A DNA stretch of 64,000 nt. It comes from Dehalococcoidia bacterium (GTDB lineage Bacteria > Chloroflexota > Dehalococcoidia > Lucifugimonadales > UBA3495). The DNA lies in contig DAOUHE010000290.1 of the NCBI GenBank assembly GCA_034428715.1, forward strand, positions 988-64,987, read 5' to 3'. Positions 54,694 to 64,000 of the stretch are shown here, in pieces; within the stretch, counting starts at the first letter, position 1; every line of letters starts with the position of its first letter. The notes beneath the pieces are model-generated. The model made no database searches. It had not been told where the DNA came from and was given only the letters and a program-made list of their open reading frames with translations. A program made the translations under genes and the position numbers.

Positions 54694-55431
54694 TTAAGCG
54701 GTTACTCCGACGCAGGCTTTCAGAGCTTCCTCCCATTCATCGAGGTCAAAAAAGTGGGGACCGGCTCCGCCGTGATAGGCAACCTTGCCATCGGCGTCAA
54801 TGAGATACAAACGCTCCGGAGCCGCGCCATAGGCTTCGTCCACGTTGTTATCCATCTCTTCCACCAGCACTGGGACCTCGATATGAAGGTCCAGCGTGCA
54901 GGTGGCGGCAACCTCGTCCCGCTCGTCAAAACTTTGGTGTTGCCGGAACAAGATTCCCAACTCTACGTTGCTATCGGTCTGCCATCCGTCGGTGGGATGG
55001 GCTTCCTGCACATAGACCACGAAGAATTCCACCTGGCCATTGAACTTGCGATAGATCTCGTTTATGCGATCAACCTGAGCGCGGAAGGGGGGTCAAGTGT
55101 AGCTGCCGAAGATCAGTCCCACCGGCCGCTTGCCCGTGAAGCTGGATAGACTTACCATTTCTTCCGACCCCATCCGCTTTAGATTGAAGTCTGGTGGGAC
55201 ATCTCCCTCTTTGGGGCCGGTCTCGTCACGAGAGGTGGTGGCAGTTAAGGCAGACTGGACATTGGCATCCAAAGCATCCAATCGTGGGGCCAGCACCTGC
55301 TTCCTTCGGGCAATCTGTTCACCGGGCAAAGCCTTGGCTTCGGCGCGGATCTCCTGGAGTATCTGGCGATAGCTGTCCCGCTCCTCCTGGCTAAGGCTAT
55401 TCAATATGCTGTCCCGTTTCGCCTTTTCCAT
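54694..55431 (-). CDS. Iodothyronine-deiodinase-like (thioredoxin-fold) selenoprotein, 245 aa with Sec at codon 113
   Basis: ORFs 55093..55431 and 54694..55092 are in one frame, separated only by TGA. Read-through gives GLIFGSYT-U-PPFRAQV...FFVVYVQEAHPTDGW...EEMDNNVDEAYGAAPERLYLID...VAYHGGAGPHFF, matching the deiodinase family signatures. Confidence 0.8.
55093..55095 (-). other. In-frame UGA, predicted selenocysteine codon
   Basis: The minus strand reads ...ggc agc tac act TGA ccc ccc ttc..., i.e. G S Y T U P P F. Confidence 0.7.
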
Positions 55432-55595
55432 TAGCCTCCTTTGTTCGCGCCCAACTTGTTTGGCCAGACTTGGATCGGCATCGATTGAGACTTAATCTCA
55501 AGCCGGGAAATTTTGCCAAGTTTAACTCTCAATTCCAGTTGCGGTCAACGCGTATTTGCCCGCCAAGACCTTCCGGCCTGGTTGTGCTCGAAGGT

Positions 55596-56144
55596 TTAAA
55601 TAACCAATTCGGGCGTCATGTCCGGCGCCAATTCGACTTCGAAGGCCGCTAATATCTGACCCACCAAAAGGTAGTGGCCGATGAGTCCCGTCATGTCTAT
55701 CGTGCCCTGCACGCCAAAACGGTCCACAGCCGCTTGGTATGTTTCATCGGTGATCTTGTGGTTTCGCAACAATTGCTGCGTGTAACGGACGACCAATTCT
55801 TCGTCGCCGGATAAACCCGCTGGAGCGGTGCCGTCGGCCAGGGCTTTGATGGTCGATTCCGATGCCCCAGCCTGGCGAGCCAAGCGGGCGTGAGCGGTGA
55901 ACTCATACTGGGATTTGATCTCCCTGGCGGTGGCCAGAATTACGGTTTCCTTCAACGCTTCCGGCCAATCGAAGTCGAAACGCACGTAGGTCCCGGTGTG
56001 TGCTACCCGCGCGGCCAGCTTGGGGCTGTGGAGCAAAACCCCGTAGGGACCCCTTACGCTGCCCCGGCTACCCGAAATCTCGTCAAAGAATTGCTGGTCT
56101 TCGGCCTTTAGTTGGTCCCTGGTCAGATTGTCTAGTCTAGCCAT
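55596..56144 (-). CDS. Carboxymuconolactone decarboxylase (CMD / AhpD-like) family protein
   Basis: 182 aa. ETVILATAREIKSQYEFTAHARLA is a typical CMD helix pair. Confidence 0.75.
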   Translation of the reverse strand: MARLDNLTRDQLKAEDQQFFDEISGSRGSVRGPYGVLLHSPKLAARVAHTGTYVRFDFDWPEALKETVILATAREIKSQYEFTAHARLARQAGASESTIKALADGTAPAGLSGDEELVVRYTQQLLRNHKITDETYQAAVDRFGVQGTIDMTGLIGHYLLVGQILAAFEVELAPDMTPELVI

Positions 56145-56231
56145 TGAGAAATCTCCTTATTTGTCTCGGAATATTTTATCCATCTCTAACTGGAGGGAAC
56201 TTGATCGGCTAAAAAGGTTGGGCCAAGACCG

Positions 56232-57137
56232 TCACGCCGCCGCAGGCACGGGCAAGCCGACGATTTTTATTTGCACGCTTCCCAGGGTATTCCGGCTGGT
56301 GAAGAACAATGTTTTCCAATCGTCGCCACCAAAGGCCACGTTGGTGGTAGCGGTCTGGCCGTGTTCTATAGTTCCCAGGTGCTTGCCCGCCGGGTCGATG
56401 ATCCAGACGCCGCCGGACCCGCCGCAGTAAACGTTTCCTTCCACATCCACCTTCATGCCGTCGGGGACGCCCGGTTGGCTGCCGCTGAGGTCGCAAAAGA
56501 TCCGGTCAGTGGCCCTGGCCAGGGTGCCGTTGGGCTGTAGATCAAAGGCGCGGATATGCCCCCGCCTCGAGTCGTTTATGTAAAGTATGCCCTCGTCAGG
56601 GGAAAAGGCCAGTCCGTTGGGAACCAAAAAGTCGTCCACCAAAAGGGTCAGCGTACCCAGGTCAGGCGTGACACGGTAAACCCCAGAAAAACTCAGGTCC
56701 CATTGCTGCTGGGGCAACGGACTGGTCCACGGATCGGTGAAGTAGATGCAACCGTCGGATTTGACGACCACATCATTGGGCCGGTTCAATTGGCGGCCCT
56801 GGTAGCTATTGGCAACCACGGTGATGCTCCCGTCGGGCTCGGTGCGGGTCACCCGGCGGGAAGCGTGCTCGCAAGCCAGCAACCTGCCCGACAGGTCACG
56901 GGTCAGCCCGTTGGCCTGGTTGGTGGGCTCCAAAAAGGTGGTCACCCCGCTTCCGGGCGCCCACTTCATCCGCCTGTTGTTGTGAATGTCGCTGAACAGC
57001 AAATACCCGCCCTCCTTCCACCATAACGGGCCTTCGGCAGGGCCGCCGGTACCACCGAACCCATTGCCTAGTTCTTCGATCGCCTGGTCTGATGACACGA
57101 TCCGGTCGAGCTCTGGTTGAGTTTTTGTTATTGGCAT
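56232..57137 (-). CDS. SMP-30 / gluconolactonase / LRE-family protein
   Basis: AEGPLWWKEGGYLLFSDI ... NRPNDVVVKSDG ... PNGLAFSPDE ... PDGMKVDVEGNVY. Confidence 0.85.
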   Translation of the reverse strand: MPITKTQPELDRIVSSDQAIEELGNGFGGTGGPAEGPLWWKEGGYLLFSDIHNNRRMKWAPGSGVTTFLEPTNQANGLTRDLSGRLLACEHASRRVTRTEPDGSITVVANSYQGRQLNRPNDVVVKSDGCIYFTDPWTSPLPQQQWDLSFSGVYRVTPDLGTLTLLVDDFLVPNGLAFSPDEGILYINDSRRGHIRAFDLQPNGTLARATDRIFCDLSGSQPGVPDGMKVDVEGNVYCGGSGGVWIIDPAGKHLGTIEHGQTATTNVAFGGDDWKTLFFTSRNTLGSVQIKIVGLPVPAAA

Positions 57138-57171
57138 GGTCTCCTCCTTATATATGCAGGATTGACAGAGA

Positions 57172-58503
57172 TCATCCCGCCGCTCCCGCCATTTCTCTAG
57201 GGTTCCTCGCCCTTCCGCGCATTGGAATGAAGATTATCGTCACCGCCGCCAAGGTGGTGAGTATACCGCTGTAATAGAAGATTGAGCCGAGCCCTCCCAG
57301 GTGTTCGATGACCAAAGTTGCCAAAAAGGGTGAAGCGCCGCCGATGATCCCGTTTATGCCAAAGATCAATCCTATGGCTGTGGCCTCGGTCCCTCGGCCC
57401 ACCTCGTCCAACACCGCCGCCTGAATGATCTGGTGCAACGCGAAACTGAACAGGCCTAGTCCAGCCATGATCAGGGCCAGGAAGATGGTGCCGCCGGAGA
57501 CAACCACCAGGAACGAGAATACACTCGCCAGGATCATACCGGGCACCAGCACCATTTTGCGGCCGTATTTGTCCGACATGACACCCAAGACCGGCGCCGA
57601 TGCTATACCCATTCCGGTCAGCAAGGCGTAATGCACCCCAGCCGCGAGGTGGCCCATGCCCAATTGCTGTTCCAGATAAAATGGCGCCCAGTTGAAGGTG
57701 GCGTTGAGCCCGATGCCTCGCAAGGTGGCTGAGAGCACCAGACTCAGCACTATAGGATTTTTCAGTAGCCGGGCCCCTTCCCTGAATTGGGCGCCCAATC
57801 CATCGATCTGGTTATCTGAATCCGCCAATTCGGCATCTGCTCCGGTGTCCTTCCCCAAATCCTTGAGGGACCACCAAACAAAAACCGCCAACACCATGGC
57901 AGGGACGACGTAGATCATTAGCACAGTATTCCACATCAACACCGTCAACAAGAAACCCGCCAACAATGGCCCTAGAACGTTTCCGATGTTGGAGCCAAAC
58001 CCGTGAATGGAAACGGCGAAGCCCCGGCGGTCGGGGAAACGTTGGGATAGAGCCGCCGTGGCGGGCAGATGCCAAAGGGCTCCGGGTAGCGACACCAGAA
58101 CGATGCCCGCGACCAGCACCGGAAAACTCCGGGAGAGGGCAATGACTAGAAAAGCCAGCGCAGACCAGACCATGCAGCCGGTAAGGATATGCCCCCACTG
58201 TTTCTTCAGCATGTCGACGAACACGCCGCCACCCAGGTTCACCACACCGAAGCCACCCTGCCGGATCCCCAAAATGGTGGCTACCTGAAGGTAGTTCAAA
58301 CCGAAGCTGGCGCTTATGGCGGGCATCAAGACGGGGAAGCCCATGTCGTATAAATGAGAGATGCCGTGGCCGATGGACAAACTGCCGAGAATGAATCCTC
58401 TGTTCTGTCTCAAACCGCCTCTTGGCGGCGCTGCCGGTTGAGAGACCTGCTCCAACGATCCTCCCGATTCTTGCCTCGGCCTGCTGGGATCTCTGTCCTT
58501 CAC
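57172..58503 (-). CDS. MFS transporter
   Basis: 443 aa, ~12 hydrophobic segments, and an MFS-like loop motif SDKYGRK. Confidence 0.8.
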   Translation of the reverse strand: MKDRDPSRPRQESGGSLEQVSQPAAPPRGGLRQNRGFILGSLSIGHGISHLYDMGFPVLMPAISASFGLNYLQVATILGIRQGGFGVVNLGGGVFVDMLKKQWGHILTGCMVWSALAFLVIALSRSFPVLVAGIVLVSLPGALWHLPATAALSQRFPDRRGFAVSIHGFGSNIGNVLGPLLAGFLLTVLMWNTVLMIYVVPAMVLAVFVWWSLKDLGKDTGADAELADSDNQIDGLGAQFREGARLLKNPIVLSLVLSATLRGIGLNATFNWAPFYLEQQLGMGHLAAGVHYALLTGMGIASAPVLGVMSDKYGRKMVLVPGMILASVFSFLVVVSGGTIFLALIMAGLGLFSFALHQIIQAAVLDEVGRGTEATAIGLIFGINGIIGGASPFLATLVIEHLGGLGSIFYYSGILTTLAAVTIIFIPMRGRARNPREMAGAAG

Positions 58504-58582
58504 CGGACCATAGGCATGATACCTACGGCGGGCGCTGCGGGCAAGGGATTGACCACGAGTGTCCTGTCCAACACACCTAGGC

Positions 58583-58610
58583 TTGACTCCCTAACCCAAC
58601 GTTGTACTAT
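58583..58610 (+). promoter_or_regulatory. Sigma-70-like promoter candidate for the LLM oxidoreductase gene
   Basis: TTGACT (58583..58588), a 16-nt spacer, then TACTAT (58605..58610). Confidence 0.3.
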
Positions 58611-58675
58611 CATAGCCGCAAGAATCGGCGCAGGCACGGGTGCAAGCATCTGCCAAGGCGGAGATTGGAGGCCGT

Positions 58676-59722
58676 ATGGATTTTCCACTGTTTTTAGAGT
58701 TTTCGCGCCGGGGTGAAATGACCCAGCGCGACGCATTTGAAGAGTCCTTCAACCTGGTTGACCAGGCCGAGAATCTGGGCGTCGACTCGGTGTGGCTGGC
58801 GGAATACCATTTCAACGTAGACCGGTCGGTCCTATCGGCGCCGATCACCGTGGCCAGCGCCATCGCCGCGCTCACCAAGAGAATGCGCATTGGCCTGGCG
58901 GTGCACATCCTGCCCCTGGGCAACCCCATCCGCATCGCCGAAGAAGTGGCCACCCTGGACCACATCAGCCACGGCCGGGTCGAGTTCGGAATAGGCCGCG
59001 GCACGTTCCCCAACGTCCACGATGGCTATAACGTTCCCTTTCATGAAAGCCGCGGCCGGTTCGACGAGTTCCTTGAGATCATCATCAACGCCTGGACCAA
59101 CGAACGCTTCTCTTTCTCCGGCGAACATTACTCTTGCGATGACGTGGGCATCGCGCCCCATCCGTACCAAGATCCCCATCCGCCCATCACCGTTGGCATC
59201 ACATCGGTGGAAAGCTTTCCAATCTGCGGCCGCATGGGATACCCAATACTGATAAATCCATCTCGGGTATTCACCCTGGCTGAACTTAAACCAGCCATAC
59301 AGGAATACCGGAACGCCTGGAAAGAAGCAGGACACAAAGGCCAATCCAAGGTCGGCCTCAGGGTGCCTTTTTACATAGCGGCCACCGCTGATAAAGCTCA
59401 CGACGAACCCATGGAAAGTACGCTGAACTCCATGCGCCGGCTGGGAGAGCGGGTGGCCGGCTACGCCGACCTTCGAGGCACCACCGGGGACTGGGGCGCC
59501 CAGGGCGAGCGCATTTTAGAAATGGCATACGACGACTGGCTCAGGGACAAGGTGGTGTTTGGCACCCCAGACGCCGCCGTGGAGAAGATCAACGGCTTGA
59601 TAGATGATTTGGGGTTGGACCAGATCATGTACGAGGTCAACTACGGCAACCTCATACCCTACGACCGCCAGATCAACTCATTGAAGCTGATAACCCAAGA
59701 GGTATTGCCCAACGTAAGATAG
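58676..59722 (+). CDS. LLM-class (luciferase-like) flavin-dependent oxidoreductase
   Basis: AENLGVDSVWLAEYHF ... LDHISHGRVEFGIGRG. The start is taken at the ATG preceded by GGAG. Confidence 0.85.
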   Translation: MDFPLFLEFSRRGEMTQRDAFEESFNLVDQAENLGVDSVWLAEYHFNVDRSVLSAPITVASAIAALTKRMRIGLAVHILPLGNPIRIAEEVATLDHISHGRVEFGIGRGTFPNVHDGYNVPFHESRGRFDEFLEIIINAWTNERFSFSGEHYSCDDVGIAPHPYQDPHPPITVGITSVESFPICGRMGYPILINPSRVFTLAELKPAIQEYRNAWKEAGHKGQSKVGLRVPFYIAATADKAHDEPMESTLNSMRRLGERVAGYADLRGTTGDWGAQGERILEMAYDDWLRDKVVFGTPDAAVEKINGLIDDLGLDQIMYEVNYGNLIPYDRQINSLKLITQEVLPNVR

Positions 59723-59912
59723 CGCCCGGACCGGTGGCTTGTTAGGCCAGGAATGATCTCTGGTGGATCATATCTCTGACCCTTCCACCCTGTGAGGCCT
59801 GTTTTGACCTGGTACCTTCCCCGGCAAACCACTGGGCAAATTGCCCGTGGACCATGGGCGCCAATTCTCGCTGCGCCACCGGAGAGTCCATTTCGGTATC
59901 ACGTCATAGACC

Positions 59913-62900
59913 CTAGGAATTCTGATCCAATTCCGCTAGATCCTTGGTCAACTGTTCCCGCAAAAAGTCGACCGAGACCATTCTAGCCGCCAACGTGCGG
60001 GCCTCATCGCTATTGGTATATGTGGTCCGCAATTGAATATGCAGGTCCCGGTAGAGAAGGGCTTCATTCTCATCCAAATCACCAATCAGCAGTCCCGGGA
60101 ACGGAGTGGCCTCCTCCCCGTGCAGCGCCACCAGAGAATCTTCGTCAATTTCTGACACCCGCACGATGAGATAATCTCTGGTCGACGCTTGCCTCAGATA
60201 GGTGCCCCGGTACCAGCTTAGGGCATTCTGTACGACGGCCAAATCGAACCGCCACCGGTGCGTTCCCAGAGTTGGTCCGGGCAGGGCCGCGGCCAGGTCA
60301 GCATCCACCTGCCTGATGAGTAAGACCGTATCATCAGTGATCTCGTTAACCGCCTGTATATACTCGTCCAAGCGTTGGAGGAATTCGTGCCCTTGAAGGA
60401 TTCGCTGGACCTCCTCGTACGTGGGGTGTCTGAGCCACTCGGGCTGATAGCCCAGTTGCAACTGGCCTTCCAAGACTTGTTCGTATGCTCCGTCTGCGAC
60501 ACCCCCGGCGGATTCCTTCAACTCGTCCAGCCATTTCAAATCGGATGACAGTTGAATGAAGGGCAGCGACCGCATGAAGTCGAGCACCAACTGTAGGTGA
60601 GCCTGCTCTTCCGGAGACCGCGCCCTCTGCCTGCGGGAAGGGGCCGGCAAGGCGAGCCGGAAAGGCGACCGCAGCGCTGGGGAACGTCCGGGCGCAGCCT
60701 GTGGCGGCGCCGGCCCAATAGCCACGTTTCTTGACAGCTCAGGAAAGACCAAACCGGCGCTCAACCGTTTTCGACGGTAACTGACATAGGAGTATCCGGC
60801 GCCTCCCGTTGCCATTGCTCCCAAAGCTATTACGACTAGGATCATCCATGGCGCAATGACGCCCGACTTCACTTCGAAGGGTTCGGACCAAGGCGCCGTG
60901 TTGGAGGCCCTATCCACCGCTCTCACCCTCCAGTAATAGGTGCCACGAGACAGCGCTTCCCGTTCCAGGAGGGCATAGGAGGGATCGGTCAGACCACCCT
61001 TCTCCAGGATGGGGTTGGAGAACTCTAAGCCCGTACCAACCTGGAGGTCGTAGGTAACGCCGCTGTCATCGTCGACCGGGGCCCAATTCAGCGAGGGGCG
61101 AAATCCACCGAAAAGCCCCCCGCGCGTCCCGCTATCGGGGCCGAGTAAAGTGGCTACCTCAGGCGGCGAATCCTCCACGGCGAATGTTGCCTGAACCTCA
61201 TGCCCCTCTTTATCCGTAACCTTGATCACATGGTCACCGTGAATTGAGACGGGGATGGGGAATTCGAAGACAAAACTACCTGAAGCGTCTGCCACTACGG
61301 TGGCTTCGGTCAGTTCACCATCATATGCTAGGGTCACCGGCGCGGATGCCGCGAATCCCAGGCCCGCAACCTCCACGGTTCCTCCCACATTCCCCGAAGA
61401 TATACTGAGGGCAAGGCTCTGGCTTACGCTAAATCCCTGTCCCGGGTTAGTGAATGAAGCCAAGTCGGAGCCGGAAGCTTCAATCATGTGGGATCCCGCC
61501 GGCGAAGCCGGGATCACGATTGACGTAGTGAACGAGCCTTGGGAGTCTGCCAGCACCTGGGAAAGAACCTGATCGTTATCGTAGCTGATTTTAATGAGGG
61601 GATCGTTAGCGGTGAATCCCAAACCGCTGATGATAATGGACGACCCCGGCGGCCCTTCGGTCTGATCGAGGGAAATCCCCCGCTCAACTTGGAAACTGGC
61701 CTCGGAACCCCCCGAAGCAATGGAAATGGCGCCGGAATGGCTGATGAAATGGAGTCCAGAAGCCGATGATGGCACGGCGAAGGAGGTAGTGAATGTACCC
61801 TGAGCATCGGCAGTTAGCACCTTTGCGACGGGAGCACCATCGTAGCTGATCACGATGTCTCGCTCTTGAGCCCTGAAACCATTGCCAACCACATTGACCA
61901 CCGAGCCCGGCACCCCGCCGGCAGGACTGAGAATCAGGCGGGGAACGATCGTGATTATCTCATCGGCCAGGCTGCCAGATGAAGTCACAGGGCCAGAGGC
62001 GCCGACCGCGTAGGATTGGGCTGGAAATGAAGGAACGATGAAGGTGACGTTCCACGAGCCCGTGCGGCTGGCAGAGATACCTGATACCAATTGTGTTTGG
62101 TCCAGAGTGACGGTAATTCCTTTTTCATCGGGCGCAAAACCAAAACCGGAAAGATCGATTGACGCTCCGGGTTCGCCGTGGGTTTCACCGATGATGATGG
62201 CGGGTGTTACGCGGAAGGGGACCTTCAGTTCGCCGCCAGGGCTTAAAACGGTGATCGAATAATTACCCGCCGGAGTTTCCGGGATGGGGAACCCGGTGGA
62301 CCATGAACCTTGAGCGTTTGCTGAAGGCGAGGCCATAACTTGGTCCGCAAAGCTGATAGAAACGGACTGGCCGGCGCCGAAGCCCGTCCCATCGGCCTCC
62401 AGCAAAGAATTGGGGATACCGGTGGGATGAGAAACGGAAAAGATGGGAGTGACGGTAAAATCTGCCGCCATCTGTTGGCCGCCGGCGCCGGACGCCCGTA
62501 TCGCCAGCAGGCCGCTGGGCGCGTTAGGGATGGTGACATTTGCCGCCCACACTCCCTCACCATTTGCCGCCACCGTCGTGTTTGCCGTGCCCGGCCCCAC
62601 TGTGACCGTGACCCTCTCACTGGCTTTGAAGCCTGCTCCACGAACCGTCAAAGTGGTCCCCGGTGGACCGCTGGTGATATCCAGGTTCAAGTCGGCCCTG
62701 ATAGCCACGCTGATCTCCGAAACACTGGTGGCTGAGGTCTGGGACCCTGATGCCAGGAGGTTGTAGGAACCGGTGGGTAGCGATGGCAGCGGAAACGAGG
62801 CAGACCAGGACCCTTCGGAGTTGGCGGAGATGCCGCTGGCCACGGGAGCGAGGTCAAGATTAACTGTGATCCCACTTTCGTTGGCGCCAAAACCTGAGCC

Positions 62901-64000
62901 AGTCACGGTGATCGACGCGCCCGGTTCGCCTCCGGTGCCGGCCATTGAGATCGCGGGTGTCACGGTAAAATCAATCTCCACTGGCACGCTCACAGCGCTA
63001 GAAGCCTGGATGGTCAAACGCCCCGTAGGAGCAGGTGGGATCGTGACGTTGGCTGTCCAAACGCCCCGCGAGTTAGCCGTGGCGCCGAATTCTGTCAAAC
63101 CCTTTCCAGCAGTGACGGTGATGCTCTCACTTGGCTTGAAACCAGAACCACGAACCTCCACGACCGTCCCAGGGGCCCCATTGGAACGCTCCAGACTCAA
63201 TCCGGCCCCGAGGGTCAGTGTGACGGCCGGCGCTTTACCCACCGATGTCAGTGATCCCGATGCAACCGTCGAATGTGAGCCAGACGCAAGAGAAGGGACG
63301 ACCAGTGAGGCGGTCCAAGAGCCATTGGCATCCGCAGTAATCCCCGTGGCCGCCGACGTTTGATCTATGGTAACGGTGATCGAGGGTTCGTTTTTGGCGA
63401 AGCCAGACCCGGTGGCGGTAACAAAATCTCCAGGAGCTACGTTGCGGCGGTCCAGCGAAAGCGTGGGCGTAACGGAAAATGTGCTCTTAGTGGTTCCTAA
63501 AGAAGCATGGTAAATACCGATCGACCGGGGCCCGCCAGCCGCTATTGGTATTTGAAAAGAAGTGGAAATGGAGCCCTGGCTATCCATGGTGATAGAGCGC
63601 ACCGTCCAACCATCGAAGGTGATGCTAAGGGTCGAGTTGGCGGTAAACCCCGAAGCGAACAGTTCAACAGTCGTGCCCGGAGGGCCGGAAGACGGAGTCA
63701 CCGAGAAGAACGAGTTCAGTGTAAAGTTTTCGCTATGTGTCTCCCCTATGTTAACCGCATACGATCCTTGTGGACGGGGCGGGACGACGAACGAGAAGGT
63801 GAACGACCCCGAAGAGTCCGCTGCAAACGTACCTAACTGCTCTCCATCGAATGAAAGCGTTATCCCCCCTTGGCTGGCGGCGAATCCATCCCCCCTCGCA
63901 ATCACCTGCGCCCCTACCTTGCCTTGGTAAAGGGAAAGAGAGGTCCTTGACGTAACCGTAAATGTCGCGCTGGCTGTTCCAGCCGAAACAGTGTGAGAGC
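59913..64000 (-). CDS. Giant single-pass surface protein, 5'-partial: ~11 IPT/TIG-like Ig repeats, a membrane-proximal beta domain, one TM and a ~285-aa cytoplasmic domain of unknown function
   Basis: The reading frame stays open from 63905 to the window edge. Repeats of ~85 aa follow the pattern F.VTP...L....G.PGT.V.V.G.GF. The TM segment is VIAPWMILVVIALGAMATGGAGYSYVSY (~60770..60855). Confidence 0.75.
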   Translation of the reverse strand, partial: SHTVSAGTASATFTVTSRTSLSLYQGKVGAQVIARGDGFAASQGGITLSFDGEQLGTFAADSSGSFTFSFVVPPRPQGSYAVNIGETHSENFTLNSFFSVTPSSGPPGTTVELFASGFTANSTLSITFDGWTVRSITMDSQGSISTSFQIPIAAGGPRSIGIYHASLGTTKSTFSVTPTLSLDRRNVAPGDFVTATGSGFAKNEPSITVTIDQTSAATGITADANGSWTASLVVPSLASGSHSTVASGSLTSVGKAPAVTLTLGAGLSLERSNGAPGTVVEVRGSGFKPSESITVTAGKGLTEFGATANSRGVWTANVTIPPAPTGRLTIQASSAVSVPVEIDFTVTPAISMAGTGGEPGASITVTGSGFGANESGITVNLDLAPVASGISANSEGSWSASFPLPSLPTGSYNLLASGSQTSATSVSEISVAIRADLNLDITSGPPGTTLTVRGAGFKASERVTVTVGPGTANTTVAANGEGVWAANVTIPNAPSGLLAIRASGAGGQQMAADFTVTPIFSVSHPTGIPNSLLEADGTGFGAGQSVSISFADQVMASPSANAQGSWSTGFPIPETPAGNYSITVLSPGGELKVPFRVTPAIIIGETHGEPGASIDLSGFGFAPDEKGITVTLDQTQLVSGISASRTGSWNVTFIVPSFPAQSYAVGASGPVTSSGSLADEIITIVPRLILSPAGGVPGSVVNVVGNGFRAQERDIVISYDGAPVAKVLTADAQGTFTTSFAVPSSASGLHFISHSGAISIASGGSEASFQVERGISLDQTEGPPGSSIIISGLGFTANDPLIKISYDNDQVLSQVLADSQGSFTTSIVIPASPAGSHMIEASGSDLASFTNPGQGFSVSQSLALSISSGNVGGTVEVAGLGFAASAPVTLAYDGELTEATVVADASGSFVFEFPIPVSIHGDHVIKVTDKEGHEVQATFAVEDSPPEVATLLGPDSGTRGGLFGGFRPSLNWAPVDDDSGVTYDLQVGTGLEFSNPILEKGGLTDPSYALLEREALSRGTYYWRVRAVDRASNTAPWSEPFEVKSGVIAPWMILVVIALGAMATGGAGYSYVSYRRKRLSAGLVFPELSRNVAIGPAPPQAAPGRSPALRSPFRLALPAPSRRQRARSPEEQAHLQLVLDFMRSLPFIQLSSDLKWLDELKESAGGVADGAYEQVLEGQLQLGYQPEWLRHPTYEEVQRILQGHEFLQRLDEYIQAVNEITDDTVLLIRQVDADLAAALPGPTLGTHRWRFDLAVVQNALSWYRGTYLRQASTRDYLIVRVSEIDEDSLVALHGEEATPFPGLLIGDLDENEALLYRDLHIQLRTTYTNSDEARTLAARMVSVDFLREQLTKDLAELDQNS

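Noticed and set aside
59913-63905. Repetitive IPT/TIG coding region as a CRISPR-like array or a diversity-generating retroelement target
   Set aside because: The repeats are ~255-bp in-frame protein domains without spacers. No reverse transcriptase or template repeat is visible in the window.
1-64000. Search for tRNA, rRNA, CRISPR arrays, integrases, transposases and phage structural genes
   Set aside because: I inspected all intergenic gaps longer than ~60 bp by eye. No cloverleaf-like sequence, rRNA signature, spaced direct-repeat array or recombinase ORF was seen. A tRNA scan should still be run to confirm.

Overview
This is a 64-kb, moderately GC-rich bacterial chromosomal segment with about 70 genes. 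I found no rRNA, tRNA, CRISPR array, transposase or integrase.

Housekeeping blocks:
- rplU-rpmA-rpmE
- yloV-degV-recG
- uvrB
- ruvC-ruvA-yebC
- rpsP-KH-rimM
- fmt
- htpX
- etfBA
- panB-panC

These alternate with paralog-rich catabolic genes:
- three FAH-family copies or fragments
- two DUF35/thiolase sets plus remnants
- two coupled family III CoA-transferases
- an ACAD-fold monooxygenase and an LLM monooxygenase
- SMP-30, CMD, questin-oxidase-like, SnoaL and Gfo/Idh/MocA genes
- MFS transporters

Five toxin-antitoxin-type modules are also present. The gene content resembles marine Chloroflexota (SAR202-like), but that is inference only.

Most notable observations:
1. An iodothyronine-deiodinase-like selenoprotein has an in-frame UGA exactly at the FGSxT-U-PPF active site (54694..55431).
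2. A translationally coupled YtxH / small barrel-like protein / HerA-type ATPase operon lacks any known HerA partner (4495..7031).
3. A B12-binding radical-SAM-like protein has lost its CX3CX2C cluster motif and sits in an operon with a thiolase and a DUF35 protein.
4. A small AT-richer accessory islet carries a DUF433/DUF5615 cassette, a GIY-YIG protein and further TA genes. The cassette is bracketed by a duplicated gene 3' end.
5. Several 5'-truncated gene remnants directly abut the stop codon of the upstream gene.
6. Two structured leader or ncRNA candidates end in intrinsic-terminator-like elements, one upstream of the rpsP operon and one upstream of the P1-peptidase/DUF2520/panB/panC operon.
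7. A split DUF1445 + DUF4392 (D-glutamate-cyclase-type) gene pair.
8. A surface protein of more than 1360 aa has about 11 IPT/TIG-like repeats and an unassigned cytoplasmic tail.
9. Two families of short interspersed intergenic repeats.
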